From assembly GCA_016839945.1 (NCBI GenBank), contig JAEOTE010000100.1, positions 1-37,610 on the forward strand: a DNA stretch of 37,610 nucleotides. Direction: 5' to 3'. Below are positions 36,830 through 37,610 of this stretch, in pieces (within the stretch, counting starts at the first letter, position 1; each line of letters begins with the position of its first letter). Source of the stretch: Candidatus Heimdallarchaeota archaeon (lineage in GTDB: Archaea > Asgardarchaeota > Heimdallarchaeia > Heimdallarchaeales > Heimdallarchaeaceae). A program made the translations under genes and the position numbers. The notes beneath the pieces are model-generated. The model had not been told where the DNA came from. It saw only the letters and a list, made by a program, of their open reading frames with translations, and made no database searches.

Positions 36830-37070
36830 TTTCTTCTACCTCTTAAAAAGAAATTGAATAATCAATTATTTTAATATTCCTTAGGATTATTCTCTAATGT
36901 AAAAATGTTATCAAATTGAAGTGGATTCAATAAAAATACTTCCGACAAAACACAACTAATGAGATAAAAAAATAGAAAAATAAGAAAAGAAGAAGAGAGT
37001 ATTCATTTCAATCTAATAGATATAAGTTCGGAAACTAGTCCAAAACTTTATTTATTATAATAAGTAAGTC

Positions 37071-37553
37071 TTGAAGATGGAAGAACAAGAGTTCTATAGA
37101 TTCAAAATTAAAGCTCACAGGTCAATTTTTACACCAAAAAAATATGAGGTTTACGATGCTGTAACAGGAAGATTAAAATTCACTTGTCAATTTAAAGGAT
37201 TTACAAAATTAAGTTGTCTGTTATATGATCAAAGAGGAAAGGAAATTTTTGGAGCTCAAAAGATAGGATGGACGAAATTAACATATGACTGGATTATTTT
37301 TAAAGATAAAGAAGAAATAGCCAAGTTTGATAAATCCCAGGGGAAACACTTCGCAAAAGGATTTGAAGTAATAACAAAATCACAGATTTATCAAGGCATT
37401 CTAGGTAAATTCTCCGATGAAGAAGGAAAAGAGGTTTTCTCTATAGAACGCCAAGAAAAAATAAGCGAACTTTTTGTTGATGTGAATCAAAATTTCGATG
37501 TTAATCTAGCAATTATGATTTCTTTGATAGTGTTTATTCACAGATTTATGTAG
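37071..37553 (+). CDS. LURP-one/Tubby C-terminal-like (scramblase-fold) protein
   Basis: Repeated beta-hairpins (YEVYDAVTG, LYDQRGKEI, SDEEGKEVFSI) ending in a hydrophobic helix (DVNLAIMISLIV), the barrel-plus-central-helix pattern. Confidence 0.6.
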   Translation: MKMEEQEFYRFKIKAHRSIFTPKKYEVYDAVTGRLKFTCQFKGFTKLSCLLYDQRGKEIFGAQKIGWTKLTYDWIIFKDKEEIAKFDKSQGKHFAKGFEVITKSQIYQGILGKFSDEEGKEVFSIERQEKISELFVDVNQNFDVNLAIMISLIVFIHRFM

Positions 37554-37610
37554 TTTATCATTTTATTATATACTCTGAAAAAAGAATCTGGAAATTAGAT
37601 ACTTATATAA

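Noticed and set aside
36854-36865. FNR box upstream of the GRE
   Set aside because: TTGA-N4-TCAA is 2 nt shorter than TTGAT-N4-ATCAA, and the host appears archaeal.
1-37610. Mobile element, provirus, defence island, tRNA or rRNA
   Set aside because: No integrase, transposase, capsid, nuclease or Cas motifs, and no GC-rich structured RNA segments were recognised by eye.

Overview
AT-rich, gene-dense archaeal chromosomal segment with about 36 credible CDSs. I see no rRNA, tRNA, CRISPR array, integrase or transposase. A TPR+longin-like protein, two RING-type fingers, many membrane-anchored zinc-finger proteins, surface proteins ending in TM+basic tails, and TATA-like boxes 25-30 nt upstream of start codons point to an Asgard archaeon, probably Heimdallarchaeia (inference only). 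Functional blocks: (i) mixed metabolic/membrane genes, including a membrane-anchored RING protein; (ii) a three-gene sugar-nucleotide/glycosyltransferase cluster; (iii) VKOR; (iv) a split glycogen locus (degenerate phosphohexomutase, GH57 branching enzyme, GlgA, second GH57, GalT-like HIT protein; no GlgC in the window); (v) a stand-alone DAK2/FakA-like domain and an NTPase that seems to start at CTG; (vi) an extracytoplasmic thiol-redox locus (three TlpA-like thioredoxins, one fused to CcdA) interleaved with RING/8-Cys zinc fingers; (vii) hydrolases and a beta-helix/TSP3 surface protein; (viii) a glycyl radical enzyme resembling 4-hydroxyphenylacetate decarboxylase, with its activase but no small subunit. 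The best candidates for undescribed biology are the thioredoxin-TM-zinc-finger/RING/CcdA locus, the divergent glycyl radical decarboxylase, a candidate ~50-nt hairpin RNA with an anti-Shine-Dalgarno-like tail, a shared C-terminal sorting-like motif, and a circularly permuted family 5 solute-binding protein. All calls rest on motif recognition by eye; no searches were run.
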